DNA from: an uncultured Verrucomicrobiae bacterium
Lineage (GTDB): Bacteria; Verrucomicrobiota; Verrucomicrobiia; Chthoniobacterales; Chthoniobacteraceae
Direction: 5' to 3'
Assembly: GCA_963836755.1 (NCBI GenBank)
Contig: CAWIKF010000004.1
Location: 1-57,317, forward strand
Length of the DNA: 57,317 nt
The notes beneath the pieces are model-generated. The model saw only the letters and a list, made by a program, of their open reading frames with translations. It searched no databases and was not told the origin of the DNA. The position numbers and the translations under genes were made by a program. Shown here piece by piece: positions 30,539 through 41,046 of the stretch (position 1 is its first letter; the number at the start of each line of letters is the position of its first letter).

Positions 30539-31468
30539 ATGAAATTCCTCACGCCGCTTTTTTGCGCCGCTTCGTTCGCTTTGTCGGCTTCCGCTTTTGC
30601 CGGAGGCGAGGAGGCGAAAAACTTCAAGGCGCCGCAGCCGGTCGAGTGCCCGCATAACGATACGACGCTCTTCAGCTCGAGCATCGATTACGTGGGCGAC
30701 AGCAATTTCAAGCACTCAAGCGGCCATCAGGAGGCGGTGCATTATGATTTCGAATTTGACCAGCGCATTCCGCTCGATCTCAAGTGGCCGGCTGCCGAGT
30801 GCGGCAAATGGTTTTTGAAGCTCGGCCTCAATTACGACCGGCACGATTTCGACACTTCGAATCAGGCGCGCGTGCCGAACACGCTGCAAAGCATTTCCGG
30901 CGTGATCGCGCTCGAATATCTGGTGAAGAACCAGACGGCTATTTTGCTCGAGACGCGGCCGGGCGTTTATTTTGAGCACAACATCAACGGCGGCGCGTTT
31001 GATTCTCCGACGACGCTCGCGCTCGCGTATCCGGTGTTCGGCGGCGACAAATTTTACCTCATCGTCGGCGCGGCCGGCGCGGCGCTTTGGTCGCCGCACG
31101 TGATTCCCGTGGTCGGCGTCTCCTGGCACATTAACGATCAATGGGATCTGCGCGGGTATCTGCCGCAGCCGCGGATCGTTTACAAAGCTTGCGACAAACT
31201 CGAGCTCTGGGCAGGCGGCGAATTGACCGGCGGCGGCTACAAAACCGATAACCGCAGCGATGTCGATCCGCACAAACTCAGCGGCGCCGTCGTCACCTAC
31301 ACCGACATTCGCGTCGGCGCGGGACTGACGTGGAAAGTGAAGCCGTTCACAGTCGATCTCGGCGGCGGCGCATCGATGCAGCGGGAGTTTAACTACGACC
31401 GCGCGGGCTCGCGGTTCCGCACCGAACCGGCTCCCTACGCGGAGCTCTCGGTCGGCGCGGCATTTTAG
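30539..31468 (+). CDS. Outer-membrane beta-barrel protein (DUF6268-like)
   Basis: Signal peptide, alternating amphipathic strands, C-terminal Phe. Confidence 0.7.
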   Translation: MKFLTPLFCAASFALSASAFAGGEEAKNFKAPQPVECPHNDTTLFSSSIDYVGDSNFKHSSGHQEAVHYDFEFDQRIPLDLKWPAAECGKWFLKLGLNYDRHDFDTSNQARVPNTLQSISGVIALEYLVKNQTAILLETRPGVYFEHNINGGAFDSPTTLALAYPVFGGDKFYLIVGAAGAALWSPHVIPVVGVSWHINDQWDLRGYLPQPRIVYKACDKLELWAGGELTGGGYKTDNRSDVDPHKLSGAVVTYTDIRVGAGLTWKVKPFTVDLGGGASMQREFNYDRAGSRFRTEPAPYAELSVGAAF

Positions 31469-31474
31469 CTCGCG

Positions 31475-31960
31475 ATGCCGTCGTTTGACATTGTTTCTGA
31501 AGTCGATAACGGAGAGATCGACAACGCGCTGAACCAGGCGCGCAAAGAATTGGCCGCGCGTTTCGATTTCAAGGGAAGCACCGCGAGCGTGGAAGTGGTC
31601 AAGGATGTGATCAAACTTTCCGCCGAGGACGCGAATCATCTCAAGGGCTGGAACGAAATCGTGATCAATAAACTCGCGAAGCGAAATGTCGATTTGCGCA
31701 ACATCGAGCGCAAAGATCCTGCAATCTCGTCAGTCGGCCACGCAACGCAGGAGCTGCACGTCAAGCAGGGACTCGAGGGCGAAAAGGCCAAGGAAATCGT
31801 GAAGGCGATCAAGGCGCTCGATTCGAAAGTGCAGAGCAGTTTGCAGGATCGGCAGATTCGCGTGACGGGAAAAAAGCGCGATGATTTGCAAAACGTGATT
31901 CAGTTTTTGCGCGGCAAAGATTTTGGCGTCGCGCTGAATTTCAAAAATTTCCGCGACTAA
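31475..31960 (+). CDS. yajQ: YajQ family nucleotide/c-di-GMP-binding protein
   Basis: MPSFDIVSEVD, RFDFKG, RVTGKKRDDLQ, NFRD. Confidence 0.96.
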   Translation: MPSFDIVSEVDNGEIDNALNQARKELAARFDFKGSTASVEVVKDVIKLSAEDANHLKGWNEIVINKLAKRNVDLRNIERKDPAISSVGHATQELHVKQGLEGEKAKEIVKAIKALDSKVQSSLQDRQIRVTGKKRDDLQNVIQFLRGKDFGVALNFKNFRD

Positions 31961-32041
31961 TATCTCGCGGAACGAAGTCAAACTCATTGGCGCTTTCAGT
32001 CCGGGTGTGCAACTTTCCGCCCCGACTGACGTTTATCTCGC

Positions 32042-33088
32042 GTGAACAGAAAACTCCTTCTCACGGGCATCCTGCTCATCCTTTTCCTCTGCACCGTCGT
32101 TTATCACATCTGGGCGGGCTGGGGATTGATCACCGTGCACGCAAAGGCGCAACCGCTCTCGCAAATCGTTTCGCAAATCCAGCGCCAGGGTCACGTGACG
32201 CTCAAGACGGACATCGCGGGTGATACGCCGGTCACGATGAATGTGGACAAAGTTCCGCTGACTGAGGCGCTCGAGACGCTGGCCGCGACGACGGATGGGC
32301 GCTGGCGCCTGAGCTATGTTTTGGCGCCGGACAAAGCCGCCGTGCAGACTGCGATCGACGATTTCGTGAGCGGCCAGCGGCCCGAGGGATGGAAACAAAT
32401 TTACATCCCGATGCCGAATGTCACAGCGATTGCGGACGATGCGCCGATTCCCGATCCGCGCGGCGATGTCTGGAATGTAAAGGCGCCCGCCGATGCCACG
32501 CTGCAGGCTTATCTCGATGACGCGGCGAAATCTGCAAACGCAGCGTTCTCATTTCCCGAAAGCTGGAATCCGACGATCAAGTCAACGCCGAGCTCCGGCG
32601 AAATCACGCACGTGATTCCGAAGCTCGCAAGTGCGGCCGGAGGCAAGGTTGAAGAAATTTTTGTGCTGACGAAAGGTTCCGGCGGACGGCGCATGGCGGA
32701 CAATGACGGCGGCGGGCAAGGCGGCGATTACGCCGCGCTGCCGACTGCTGTGGCGGGCGGCGACAACACAAATCGGCCGCGCCGTCCCGAGATGGATCCG
32801 GCAGCGATGGAACAGCGGATGCAGGCCGAGATCGACAAGTTGCCCGCGGCGAGCCGTGGGCCCGCGCAAGCCCGTTTCAATAAAGAGCGCGAATTTTGGA
32901 AATCGCTGCGTGATCTCCCGCCCGACCAGCGCATGCAAAAAATCCAGGACCACATGAACGATCCGGAAGTGCAGCAGCGGATGGACGACCGCCAGGCGAA
33001 CCGCGATTCGCGCCAGACTCCCAACCAGCGGCAAGCGCGTTACCAAAATTACGTTCAGCACAAAGCCGCGATCAAGGCAGCGCAATGA
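32042..33088 (+). CDS. Hypothetical membrane-anchored protein (possible STN-like N-domain, helical Gln/Arg-rich tail)
   Basis: Long ORF with N-terminal TM helix; ATGA-coupled to the downstream prepilin-like gene. Confidence 0.7.
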   Translation: MNRKLLLTGILLILFLCTVVYHIWAGWGLITVHAKAQPLSQIVSQIQRQGHVTLKTDIAGDTPVTMNVDKVPLTEALETLAATTDGRWRLSYVLAPDKAAVQTAIDDFVSGQRPEGWKQIYIPMPNVTAIADDAPIPDPRGDVWNVKAPADATLQAYLDDAAKSANAAFSFPESWNPTIKSTPSSGEITHVIPKLASAAGGKVEEIFVLTKGSGGRRMADNDGGGQGGDYAALPTAVAGGDNTNRPRRPEMDPAAMEQRMQAEIDKLPAASRGPAQARFNKEREFWKSLRDLPPDQRMQKIQDHMNDPEVQQRMDDRQANRDSRQTPNQRQARYQNYVQHKAAIKAAQ

Positions 33089-33627
33089 AGCGGCTCCGCG
33101 CGCGCTCCAGCGCATTCACTTTGATCGAGCTGTTGCTGGTGATCGCCATCATCGGCATCCTCGCCTCGCTTTTATTACCAGCGGTGCAGGACGCGCGGAA
33201 GCATGCCGACAGCGTCGCTTGTTTCTCGAATCTCCGTCAGATCGGCGTGGCCGTGAATCTTTACATCGCCGATCACGACCAGACTTATCCGGAGGTCGAG
33301 AACGATATGTCACATCCTATCTATCCGCCGGCCGACGGTGCGCAGGACATGCTGCACACTTTTCAAAATTACGGCGTTACCGACCAACTTTTGAAATGCC
33401 CGGCCGACGCGCGCAACTCAAACTACAACTACTACGGACAACGCGGCACCAGCTACGAATGGCGTCCGATGCTCGACGATGAGACGATGGTTTCGCCGCG
33501 CGTTTACACACGGCGCGGGGCGTTTCAGGTTTCGCCAGCGCGCGTGCGGCAGGTCATCGACATCGCTCCCGTCCACCACGGCCGTCAAAACGCGCTCTAC
33601 GGCGATGGCCATGTGCGCTGGTTTTAA
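33085..33627 (+). CDS. Prepilin-type N-methylation domain protein with C-terminal H-X9-DG motif
   Basis: [48 protein letters not shown]. Confidence 0.92.
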   Translation: MKRLRARSSAFTLIELLLVIAIIGILASLLLPAVQDARKHADSVACFSNLRQIGVAVNLYIADHDQTYPEVENDMSHPIYPPADGAQDMLHTFQNYGVTDQLLKCPADARNSNYNYYGQRGTSYEWRPMLDDETMVSPRVYTRRGAFQVSPARVRQVIDIAPVHHGRQNALYGDGHVRWF

Positions 33628-33672
33628 AAAATCGAGACAGCCAGCGGCGCTTCTTGAAACGGATACGTTTTC

Positions 33673-34020
33673 ATGTTAAGCGAAGAGCAACCAATGGCCA
33701 CCGTCTCGCATCCAGAGCCGAATCTCGTCTCACTCGAAGGGGAAATCGATCTCCACGAATCGCCGAATGTCCGCGACGCGCTCAAAGGTTTGATCGAGCA
33801 AAAACTGCCGCGCGTTTTTGTCGACATGACGCAAGTTGGTTACATCGACAGCTCTGGTCTCGCTGTTCTCATCGACGCGATGCAACGCATCCAGAGCTAC
33901 GGCGGAAAATTTTCGCTTTTCGGTCTGCGCGACAGCGTTCGCACGGTATTTGAGATCGCGCGGCTCGATCAGGTTTTCAAAATTTATCCCGACAAAAAAA
34001 CCGCCTCAATCGCGGTTTGA
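33673..34020 (+). CDS. Anti-sigma factor antagonist (STAS domain)
   Basis: LEGEID, YIDSSGL, VFEIARLD. The start may be ATG 33694. Confidence 0.92.
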   Translation: MLSEEQPMATVSHPEPNLVSLEGEIDLHESPNVRDALKGLIEQKLPRVFVDMTQVGYIDSSGLAVLIDAMQRIQSYGGKFSLFGLRDSVRTVFEIARLDQVFKIYPDKKTASIAV

Positions 34021-35079
34021 GCCGACCCGCGCGAGCGTCTCGCGCACATTCCGTTCGATCGAAAATTCCCGCGCGAGCGGCTGCAATTTTGTTACGGCAT
34101 CGCCGCGCGCTGCAGGATCGGAAAAAAGTTTAAGCGCGAGAGCGACCGCTTCGATGTCGCTCGGATCGAGCAGCCAGCCGGGCACATTGGCTTTCTGCAT
34201 CAACTCCGCAAAGCCGTTGAACTGCGTCGTGATCACCGGCAAACCTGCCGCTGCTGCTTCGAGACACGCGTTGGAAAAAGGATCATAAACCGTCGGCAGC
34301 AAAAACAGATCCGCCGCCGCAAAAAGCGGTGCGAGATTGCCGACCGGCCCGAGAAACTTTGTCCGCGTTGACTGCGGGAGTCCGCGCATTTTTCCATGAC
34401 CGGCCACGAGCAAACTCGCGCGCGACATTCGAGAAACCGCCTTCATCGCAAAGCGAAGACCTTTGCGTTCCCAGCCGGAGCCGACAAAAAGTGCCACCAG
34501 TTCCTCACCGCTCAAATCGAGCGCGCGCCGCGCTGCTGCTCGATCCGCGGGCGGAGGCGAAAGTTTTTCCGCGGGAAGTCCATTGTAAATCACGGAGATT
34601 TTTTCCGCGGGAAAAGAAAACTCGCGCGCGATTTCATCTTTCACCATTTGCGAGTTCGCAATGACGCTGCGCGCGCCGCCGCGTGAAAAAAGCGCGGTTT
34701 CGATTTCCAGCAATTCACGATGCGACGCGCTGAATTTTCGGAACCACGTCCGCAGCCCAGGCTCAAACCGAGCGCGCTGTGCGAGCGCAACGCGGTGCAC
34801 GCCGTCGCCCGCGCGAAAGCAATCGCATTCCCAAACGCGCTCGAGGCTGAAAAGCCAGTCGCACTTTTCGCGCGGACGCGACGCCGCGAGCGCATCGGCG
34901 AACGCGCGCGGCGAGCCGCCTTTCACCAAAAAAAATTCGTGCCGCCAATCGGGCCACGGCTCGGAACTGAACAGCGCGCAGTCGTGTCCCGCCGCCGCGA
35001 GCGCGAGCGCAAAGCGCCGCAAATAGTTTTCCGCGCCACCGCTGGCCGAGTGGCCGCGGCGAACGAGTCCGACTTTCAT
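34006..35079 (-). CDS. GT4 glycosyltransferase (WaaG/WabG-like)
   Basis: GGAE, RAGDGVH, VGSGWERKG, YDPFSNACLEA. Confidence 0.9.
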   Translation of the reverse strand: MKVGLVRRGHSASGGAENYLRRFALALAAAGHDCALFSSEPWPDWRHEFFLVKGGSPRAFADALAASRPREKCDWLFSLERVWECDCFRAGDGVHRVALAQRARFEPGLRTWFRKFSASHRELLEIETALFSRGGARSVIANSQMVKDEIAREFSFPAEKISVIYNGLPAEKLSPPPADRAAARRALDLSGEELVALFVGSGWERKGLRFAMKAVSRMSRASLLVAGHGKMRGLPQSTRTKFLGPVGNLAPLFAAADLFLLPTVYDPFSNACLEAAAAGLPVITTQFNGFAELMQKANVPGWLLDPSDIEAVALALKLFSDPAARGDAVTKLQPLAREFSIERNVRETLARVGSNRD

Positions 35080-35143
35080 CGCGCGGTTTTTACGCCGCGA
35101 AGCCGGGCTTGTCGAAGCATCTCCGCGTCCGCAAAGTTGCCGC

Positions 35144-36307
35144 GTGCCACTCCACGCAAAACTGCTCTACGCGACCAGCGCGCGCATCGGCGGCAGCGGG
35201 CTCGACAGCGTCGCCTTCGAGACATTGCTGGGCGCGCACGAAGCTGGGATTTTGAAAAAAGCGATCGCCTTTGACAATCGCCAGCGTGCGATTCCGGCGT
35301 CGCTCATCCGCACGCTGCGCGCGCATCCGGTGCGGCTGCTTTCGTTCCTCGAGCGGCCGTATTATTACGGCGCGAAAAAGCATTGGCTCGACTGGATCGC
35401 ATCGCGCGAAATTGCCGGGAGGGCTGATTACAACTTGTTTCACGGCTGGTCGGGCGAATGCGTGCGAACGCTCCGCGCGGCTGCAGATCGCGGAATTCCG
35501 ACGCTGATCGAGATCCCGACGTGGCATCGCAACAAGGGGAAAATCAAGCCGTCGAAAACGAAAAGCGAGCGTGTGCGCGATGCGGAGCGCGGCGTGCGCG
35601 GCTGGATGAATTCGCTGCTCGTGAGCCGGCAGCAAGTGCTCGAGGAATACGATCTCGCGACTTTGATATTGGTGTTGTCGGAGAAAGCGGCGGAAACTTT
35701 TTTGGCCGCGGGCATTCCGGAGAAAAAACTTTTCCGTCATTCGCGCGGCGTCGATGTCCAGCGATTCACGCCGGCCGAAAAACCGCCGGAAATTTTCCGC
35801 GCGATTTTTGTCGGCGCGCTGATCCGGCGCAAGGGCGTGCATCGACTGCTCGAAGTCTGGCACCGGCTGAATTTGAAAAACGCGGAGTTGGTGCTCGTCG
35901 GCTCCGTGCATGACGAGATGAAACCCGCGCTGCGCGATTTCGGGCGAGGCGTGCGCGTTGCCGGTTTCTCGGCGAATCCGCAGGATTTTTACCGCGAGGC
36001 GAGCGTGCACATTTTTCCAAGCACCTGCGAAGGGAGCGCCAAGGCTACTTACGAAGCGGCGGCGTGCGGGCTGCCGCAAATCACGACGCGCGAGTCGGGC
36101 GATGTCGTGCTCAATGGCGTGAATGGGTTGATCGTTCCGCCGGACGATTCCGATGCGCTCGCGGCTGCGATCGAGCGGCTCTATCGCGACCCAGATTTGC
36201 GTGCGCGGATGGGCGCGGCGGGGCGGGCGCGCGTGCTGGAGCAGTTCACGTGGGCGCATTTCAGGCATCGACTTCTCGCGGCGTATCGGCGAGCGTTGAG
36301 CAGTTAG
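35144..36307 (+). CDS. GT4 glycosyltransferase
   Basis: VGALIRRKG, PSTCEG....YEAAACGLP. Confidence 0.9.
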   Translation: MPLHAKLLYATSARIGGSGLDSVAFETLLGAHEAGILKKAIAFDNRQRAIPASLIRTLRAHPVRLLSFLERPYYYGAKKHWLDWIASREIAGRADYNLFHGWSGECVRTLRAAADRGIPTLIEIPTWHRNKGKIKPSKTKSERVRDAERGVRGWMNSLLVSRQQVLEEYDLATLILVLSEKAAETFLAAGIPEKKLFRHSRGVDVQRFTPAEKPPEIFRAIFVGALIRRKGVHRLLEVWHRLNLKNAELVLVGSVHDEMKPALRDFGRGVRVAGFSANPQDFYREASVHIFPSTCEGSAKATYEAAACGLPQITTRESGDVVLNGVNGLIVPPDDSDALAAAIERLYRDPDLRARMGAAGRARVLEQFTWAHFRHRLLAAYRRALSS

Positions 36308-36341
36308 TTTTCGCCCCGCGATTTTGTGCGGCGGGAAGCGC

Positions 36342-37358
36342 ATGAAAATTTTGGCACTTCAGCTCAAGCGCATAGGCGACTTGATTTTAACCACGCCAGC
36401 GCTGTTTGCGTTGCGTCAAAATCTGCCGGACGCGCACATCACCCTGGCGGTGGAAAGTGGCAGCCGCGAACTTTTACCCGCGCTCGATTTCGTGGACGCC
36501 AGCATGGTTTTCAATCGCGACGGCTGCAACGGACCGCTCTGGCGCCAGCTCATTTTCCGCGGCTTTGATGTCTGCCTCGATTTTTCCGGCACGGACCGCG
36601 CGGCGCTGCTCGCGGTGCTCTCGAAATCGCCGAAGCGAATCGCCTTTGAATCGCTCCATCGCTCGCCGCTGAAGGCGATGTGCTTTAATAATTTCGTCCG
36701 CTCATCGGTGCGTGAAAATCACACGTGCGATCATTATCTCGAGCTTTTGCGTCCGCTGGGAATCATGGCCCACGATGTGCCGGTGACGTTGCGTCTGCCG
36801 GCATGGGCGCCGAAAAAAGCGCGGCAAATCCTGGACGAATGCGGCGTCGGCGAGCGATTTGCGCTGGTGCATCCGGGCACGGCGCGGCCGGAGAAATACT
36901 GGGTGCCGGAGCGCTGGGCCGAGGTCATCGATTTTCTCGAGCGCGAGCTGCATCTGCCGTGCGTGCTGACCGGCAGCAGCGACGTCGCGGAGCAGCAGCA
37001 TCTTGCGAAAACGAAGTCAGCGCTGCGCTTTGCAAAGGCCCACGATCTGAGCGGGCGGCTCGATTTGCTTACGCTCGCGGCGCTGACGCAGTCGGCTGCG
37101 CTGGTGCTGACGGTTGACTCCGCGCCGATGCACATGGCGGGCGCTTTCGGCACACCTCAGGTCGCGCTTTTTGGAAAGACAAATCCATTTCACTGGCGGC
37201 CGCAGCATCCGCTGGCGCAGATCATCGTGGCTGGCGAAGAGGCGCTGAATCCGCCTTTCACGCCGAAGCAGAAGCCCGGCGTGATGAGCGAAATATCGAC
37301 TCAGCACGTGCTCAATGCTATTTTGGCCGCCACCTCGGAACTCAAACATGGCCGCTGA
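36342..37358 (+). CDS. GT9 (LPS heptosyltransferase-family) glycosyltransferase
   Basis: KRIGDLIL, HPG...K.W, VDSAPMHMA, ALFG.T. Confidence 0.92.
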   Translation: MKILALQLKRIGDLILTTPALFALRQNLPDAHITLAVESGSRELLPALDFVDASMVFNRDGCNGPLWRQLIFRGFDVCLDFSGTDRAALLAVLSKSPKRIAFESLHRSPLKAMCFNNFVRSSVRENHTCDHYLELLRPLGIMAHDVPVTLRLPAWAPKKARQILDECGVGERFALVHPGTARPEKYWVPERWAEVIDFLERELHLPCVLTGSSDVAEQQHLAKTKSALRFAKAHDLSGRLDLLTLAALTQSAALVLTVDSAPMHMAGAFGTPQVALFGKTNPFHWRPQHPLAQIIVAGEEALNPPFTPKQKPGVMSEISTQHVLNAILAATSELKHGR

Positions 37359-39201
37359 AAAACCTCTCCCACCCGCGACGGGCAAAGCGAAGCCGAAGCG
37401 CTCGCTTTGGGAGACGATGCGCGAAGGTTCCGAGGCTTACCGGAAACTTTTTCCGTTTCTGGTGAAATACAAAGCGCGCTTCATCGCGGGCATCATCGCC
37501 GGCGCGGCCGCCGCGGCACTCACAGGCGGTCAGGCGCAAGTGCTGCATTACGTGACGAAAAATACTTTCCGGGAAGGCGCTCAGCCCGGCTCGCTGGGCG
37601 ACGCGATTTGGATTTGCTCGCTGCTGCCGGCAATCATCGTCTTGCGCAGCATTTGCGATTACCTGGAAAATTATTGCATGGGCTGGGTCAGCTTGCGCGT
37701 GCTGCACGATCTCCGCACGAAGGTCTTCAATCACATCCTCAGCCAGTCGCTCGACTTTTTTAACAAAGCAAAAATTGGCAGTCTCATCTCGCGCGTCGCC
37801 AATGACAGCCGCTCCGCACAGCTGGCGTTGACGGCGGTGACGGACGACGTAGTCACGCAGCCGCTCACCGTGGTGAGCATCGTGTTCGTGATGCTGAGAA
37901 ACGACTGGCGATTCACGCTTTACAGCCTTTGCCTTTTCCCGCTCTGCCTTGTGCCCATCACGGTTTACGGGAGAAAAGTTCGCAAAACTGGCCGTGAGGA
38001 TGAGAGGAAGAACGCCGAGTTGATGGTGATCATGCACGAGGCGTTCAGCGGGGTGCGCGTCGTGAAATCGCTCACGCGCGAAGCCTATGAAGAAGGGCGA
38101 TTCAGAGAAGCGAGCCGCCAGATGGTCGCCGCCGCCCAACGCGTCCGCAAGGCGATGCAGGCGGTCGGCCCGATGATCGAATCAATGTCCGCGTTCGGCG
38201 TCGGGATGGGGCTGGTTTACGTTTACTATTCGCACATGGAGGTGAGCAAATTCGTGACGCTGCTCGGCTGTCTCGTGATGCTCTACAATCCGGTCAAGCG
38301 CCTGAGCAAAATCCATGTCAGCATTCAAAAAGCGATCGGTGCCACGACGAATATTTTCGAGCTGCTCGATATCCAGCCGACGATTCAGGACGCCCCCGAC
38401 GCGATCGTTTTAAAAAAATCGCGCGGCGAGATTCGCTTCGACAACGTCTCATTTTCCTATCAAGTCAACCGCGCCGCCGCAGCACTGCGCGACGTCTCGC
38501 TCGAGATCGCGCCGGGAAAAAATTACGCGCTCGTCGGCGCGAGCGGCAGCGGCAAAAGCACGATGTTTTCGCTCTTGCTCCGATTTTACGAGCCGACCGA
38601 GGGCGCGATTTTCATCGATGGCCACGACCTCCGTTCCATCACGCAAAAGTCGCTGCGCGAAAACGTCAGCATCGTCAGCCAGGACACATTTCTTTTTCAC
38701 GACACGATCTACAACAACATCCTCTACGGCCGCCTGAAGGCGTCGGAAGAAGACGTCCTCACCGCAGCGCGCAACGCCTACGCGCACGACTTCATCACCG
38801 CACAGCCGCACGGTTACGAGACGATCATCGGCGACAAAGGTTCGCGCCTTTCCGGCGGCCAGCAACAGCGACTCGCCATCGCGCGAGCATTCTTGAAAAA
38901 TGCGCCGGTGCTGCTGCTCGACGAGGCGACGAGCGCGCTCGATTCCGAATCCGAAAAGCAGATCCAGACGGCCCTGGACCGGCTTTCCAGCGGCCGCACC
39001 GTGATCACGATCGCGCATCGGCTCTCGACGATTTTGAAAGCGGATCAGATCGTGGTCATGGACCACGGACGCATCATCGAAACGGGCCGACACGAAGAGT
39101 TGATGGAAAAGTCCGGGCATTATCGCCGACTTTACGATCTGCAATTTCAACATCATTCACGGGAACTTGAACCTGCTTTCGAAACGATAACCGCTGTCTA
39201 A
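37348..39201 (+). CDS. msbA: MsbA-like ABC exporter (TMD + NBD)
   Basis: GASGSGKS, LSGGQQQR, LLDEATSALD, IAHRLST; located in an LPS gene cluster. Confidence 0.8.
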   Translation: MAAEKPLPPATGKAKPKRSLWETMREGSEAYRKLFPFLVKYKARFIAGIIAGAAAAALTGGQAQVLHYVTKNTFREGAQPGSLGDAIWICSLLPAIIVLRSICDYLENYCMGWVSLRVLHDLRTKVFNHILSQSLDFFNKAKIGSLISRVANDSRSAQLALTAVTDDVVTQPLTVVSIVFVMLRNDWRFTLYSLCLFPLCLVPITVYGRKVRKTGREDERKNAELMVIMHEAFSGVRVVKSLTREAYEEGRFREASRQMVAAAQRVRKAMQAVGPMIESMSAFGVGMGLVYVYYSHMEVSKFVTLLGCLVMLYNPVKRLSKIHVSIQKAIGATTNIFELLDIQPTIQDAPDAIVLKKSRGEIRFDNVSFSYQVNRAAAALRDVSLEIAPGKNYALVGASGSGKSTMFSLLLRFYEPTEGAIFIDGHDLRSITQKSLRENVSIVSQDTFLFHDTIYNNILYGRLKASEEDVLTAARNAYAHDFITAQPHGYETIIGDKGSRLSGGQQQRLAIARAFLKNAPVLLLDEATSALDSESEKQIQTALDRLSSGRTVITIAHRLSTILKADQIVVMDHGRIIETGRHEELMEKSGHYRRLYDLQFQHHSRELEPAFETITAV

Positions 39202-39204
39202 TTT

Positions 39205-39681
39205 GTGAAAATTCGCGCAGTCCTGTTTTTCATCCTCATTCCCGTTTTCTGCCGCGCGCAGGACGAGCCGGACAACACCATCAAAGTCATCACGACGCTG
39301 CACGAGGACGGCACACGGACCGTTACAAAAACCGATCCCGAACAGCACAGCTCCGAGGCTATCAAATACGGCGCTGGCGACAAAGTTTTGCAGCGGATTG
39401 TTTACCAACTCGACGAGGAAAATCAGCCTTCGACCGGCACAGTTTACGGGAGCAACGGCGCAGTGATCATGAAAACCGCCTACAAGCACGACAGCTCGAA
39501 CCGGGTCACCGAGGAAGACGATTACACGGAGCAGGGCGAATTACTGCGGCGGTTCATTTACGAGTTTGGCGCCGATGGGAAAGTCAGCCGCATCCGCGCG
39601 TTTGACGGCAACGGCAACGAATTGCACCAGACCGCCGCGCCCGCGAGCACACCTAAGGTGCCGCCGCGCCGGCATCGGTGA
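39205..39681 (+). CDS. Hypothetical exported protein with YD-like beta-hairpin repeats
   Basis: Signal peptide; recurring Y..D..G / Y...G units. Confidence 0.7.
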   Translation: MKIRAVLFFILIPVFCRAQDEPDNTIKVITTLHEDGTRTVTKTDPEQHSSEAIKYGAGDKVLQRIVYQLDEENQPSTGTVYGSNGAVIMKTAYKHDSSNRVTEEDDYTEQGELLRRFIYEFGADGKVSRIRAFDGNGNELHQTAAPASTPKVPPRRHR

Positions 39682-39708
39682 TTGTTTCACATCTCGTAAA
39701 CACACCGC

Positions 39709-41016
39709 ATGCGTCAGCGCTTTCCCGCATTCGCCATCTCGGCGCTCGTCCTGCTCGCGCTTGCCGGGTTCGGCTGGGGTTTCGCGGAGAAACAAAAGCT
39801 CGCGGCGCAAGATTTTGATCAGCGCCGGCTCGTCCTGCTCGACGCGGAAAATGAGCGACTGCGCGATGCCGTCACCGCGCAGCAAAAAGCGAGTGAGCAG
39901 GCGGAAAATGTCGCGATCCGCGCGCAGATTGAGAAGACGACTGCCACGCTGCGCCATCTCGAATTTCTGAAACCGGTCACCTACGCCGTGCTCACGCGCG
40001 CGGGCATTCGGAATGTGCTGGAGGAAAAGTTGTCGCAGCAATATTCCAACGAGGAATTCAAAAATGCCGGCATCGGGCTCGCCGCGCTCGGCCTTTTGCC
40101 GCCCGATTATCCGCTGAAGGAAAAATTCATCGAGCTGCTCGGTGAGCAGGTCGCCGCGTTTTACGACCAGCATCAGCACAAGCTTTTCATGTTTGAGGAC
40201 GCGACGCTCGCGAACGCGCAAAATCGTATCGTCCTCGCGCACGAGCTCACGCACGCCTTGCAGGATCAGCATTTCGGCCTGCTCAAGCTGCCGCTCGAAA
40301 TCAAAACCGATGACGACCGCGCCTTCGCCGCGAGCGCGCTGATCGAGGGCGACGCGACGCTTTTGATGTCGCAATACATGATGGCAAATATTTCGCTCAG
40401 CGGCCTGCGCGACAACTTGCACGGCGCGCTTTCGCAAAACATGCGCAAGCTGCAGGAGGCTCCGCGCTACCTGCGCGAGATGCTCGTTTTCCCGTATCTG
40501 CGCGGGCAGGAATTTTGCAATGCGCTTTACGCGCGCGGTGGATGGGACGCCGTTTCCGCCTGCTACAAAAATCCGCCGAGCTCGACTTCGCAGATTTTGC
40601 ACATCGACCAATACCTCGCCGAGCCGCACGTGGAGCCGATCTCCGTGCAATGGCCAGCCATTTCTGCAAATGGCGAGAAGCCGCTTGCGGACAATGTTCT
40701 CGGAGAAATGGGCACGCGCATTTTGCTTTCAGAATGGATCGATCCGCAGAAAGCCGAGAGCGCGGCGGACGGCTGGCGCGGCGACCGTTATCTCGTCTTC
40801 GATCACGGTGACGCGCTTGTTTGGAAAACCGTCTGGGCTGACGCGCAGAAAGCGCGCGAATTCAAGGAAGCGCTCGCATCCGCGCGGCATGCGCGCGATG
40901 TCGCCAACGGCGCAAAAACAATCACGTGGGACATCGTTTCGCACGCGGAGAATGAAGTTGTCTTGATCGAGGCGAAGGACGAAAAGTGGAAGCAACTGCT
41001 GAAACAAAAGTTTTAA
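39709..41016 (+). CDS. Putative zincin metallopeptidase, membrane-anchored
   Basis: AHELTHALQDQHF (HExxH), downstream EGDA, FPY..G. Confidence 0.75.
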   Translation: MRQRFPAFAISALVLLALAGFGWGFAEKQKLAAQDFDQRRLVLLDAENERLRDAVTAQQKASEQAENVAIRAQIEKTTATLRHLEFLKPVTYAVLTRAGIRNVLEEKLSQQYSNEEFKNAGIGLAALGLLPPDYPLKEKFIELLGEQVAAFYDQHQHKLFMFEDATLANAQNRIVLAHELTHALQDQHFGLLKLPLEIKTDDDRAFAASALIEGDATLLMSQYMMANISLSGLRDNLHGALSQNMRKLQEAPRYLREMLVFPYLRGQEFCNALYARGGWDAVSACYKNPPSSTSQILHIDQYLAEPHVEPISVQWPAISANGEKPLADNVLGEMGTRILLSEWIDPQKAESAADGWRGDRYLVFDHGDALVWKTVWADAQKAREFKEALASARHARDVANGAKTITWDIVSHAENEVVLIEAKDEKWKQLLKQKF

Positions 41017-41046
41017 CGCGCAGGATTTTTCGCCGCTCGAACTTCC

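Noticed and set aside
39205..39681. Rhs/YD toxin
   Set aside because: Only 158 aa, with no Rhs core signature, toxin domain or immunity gene.
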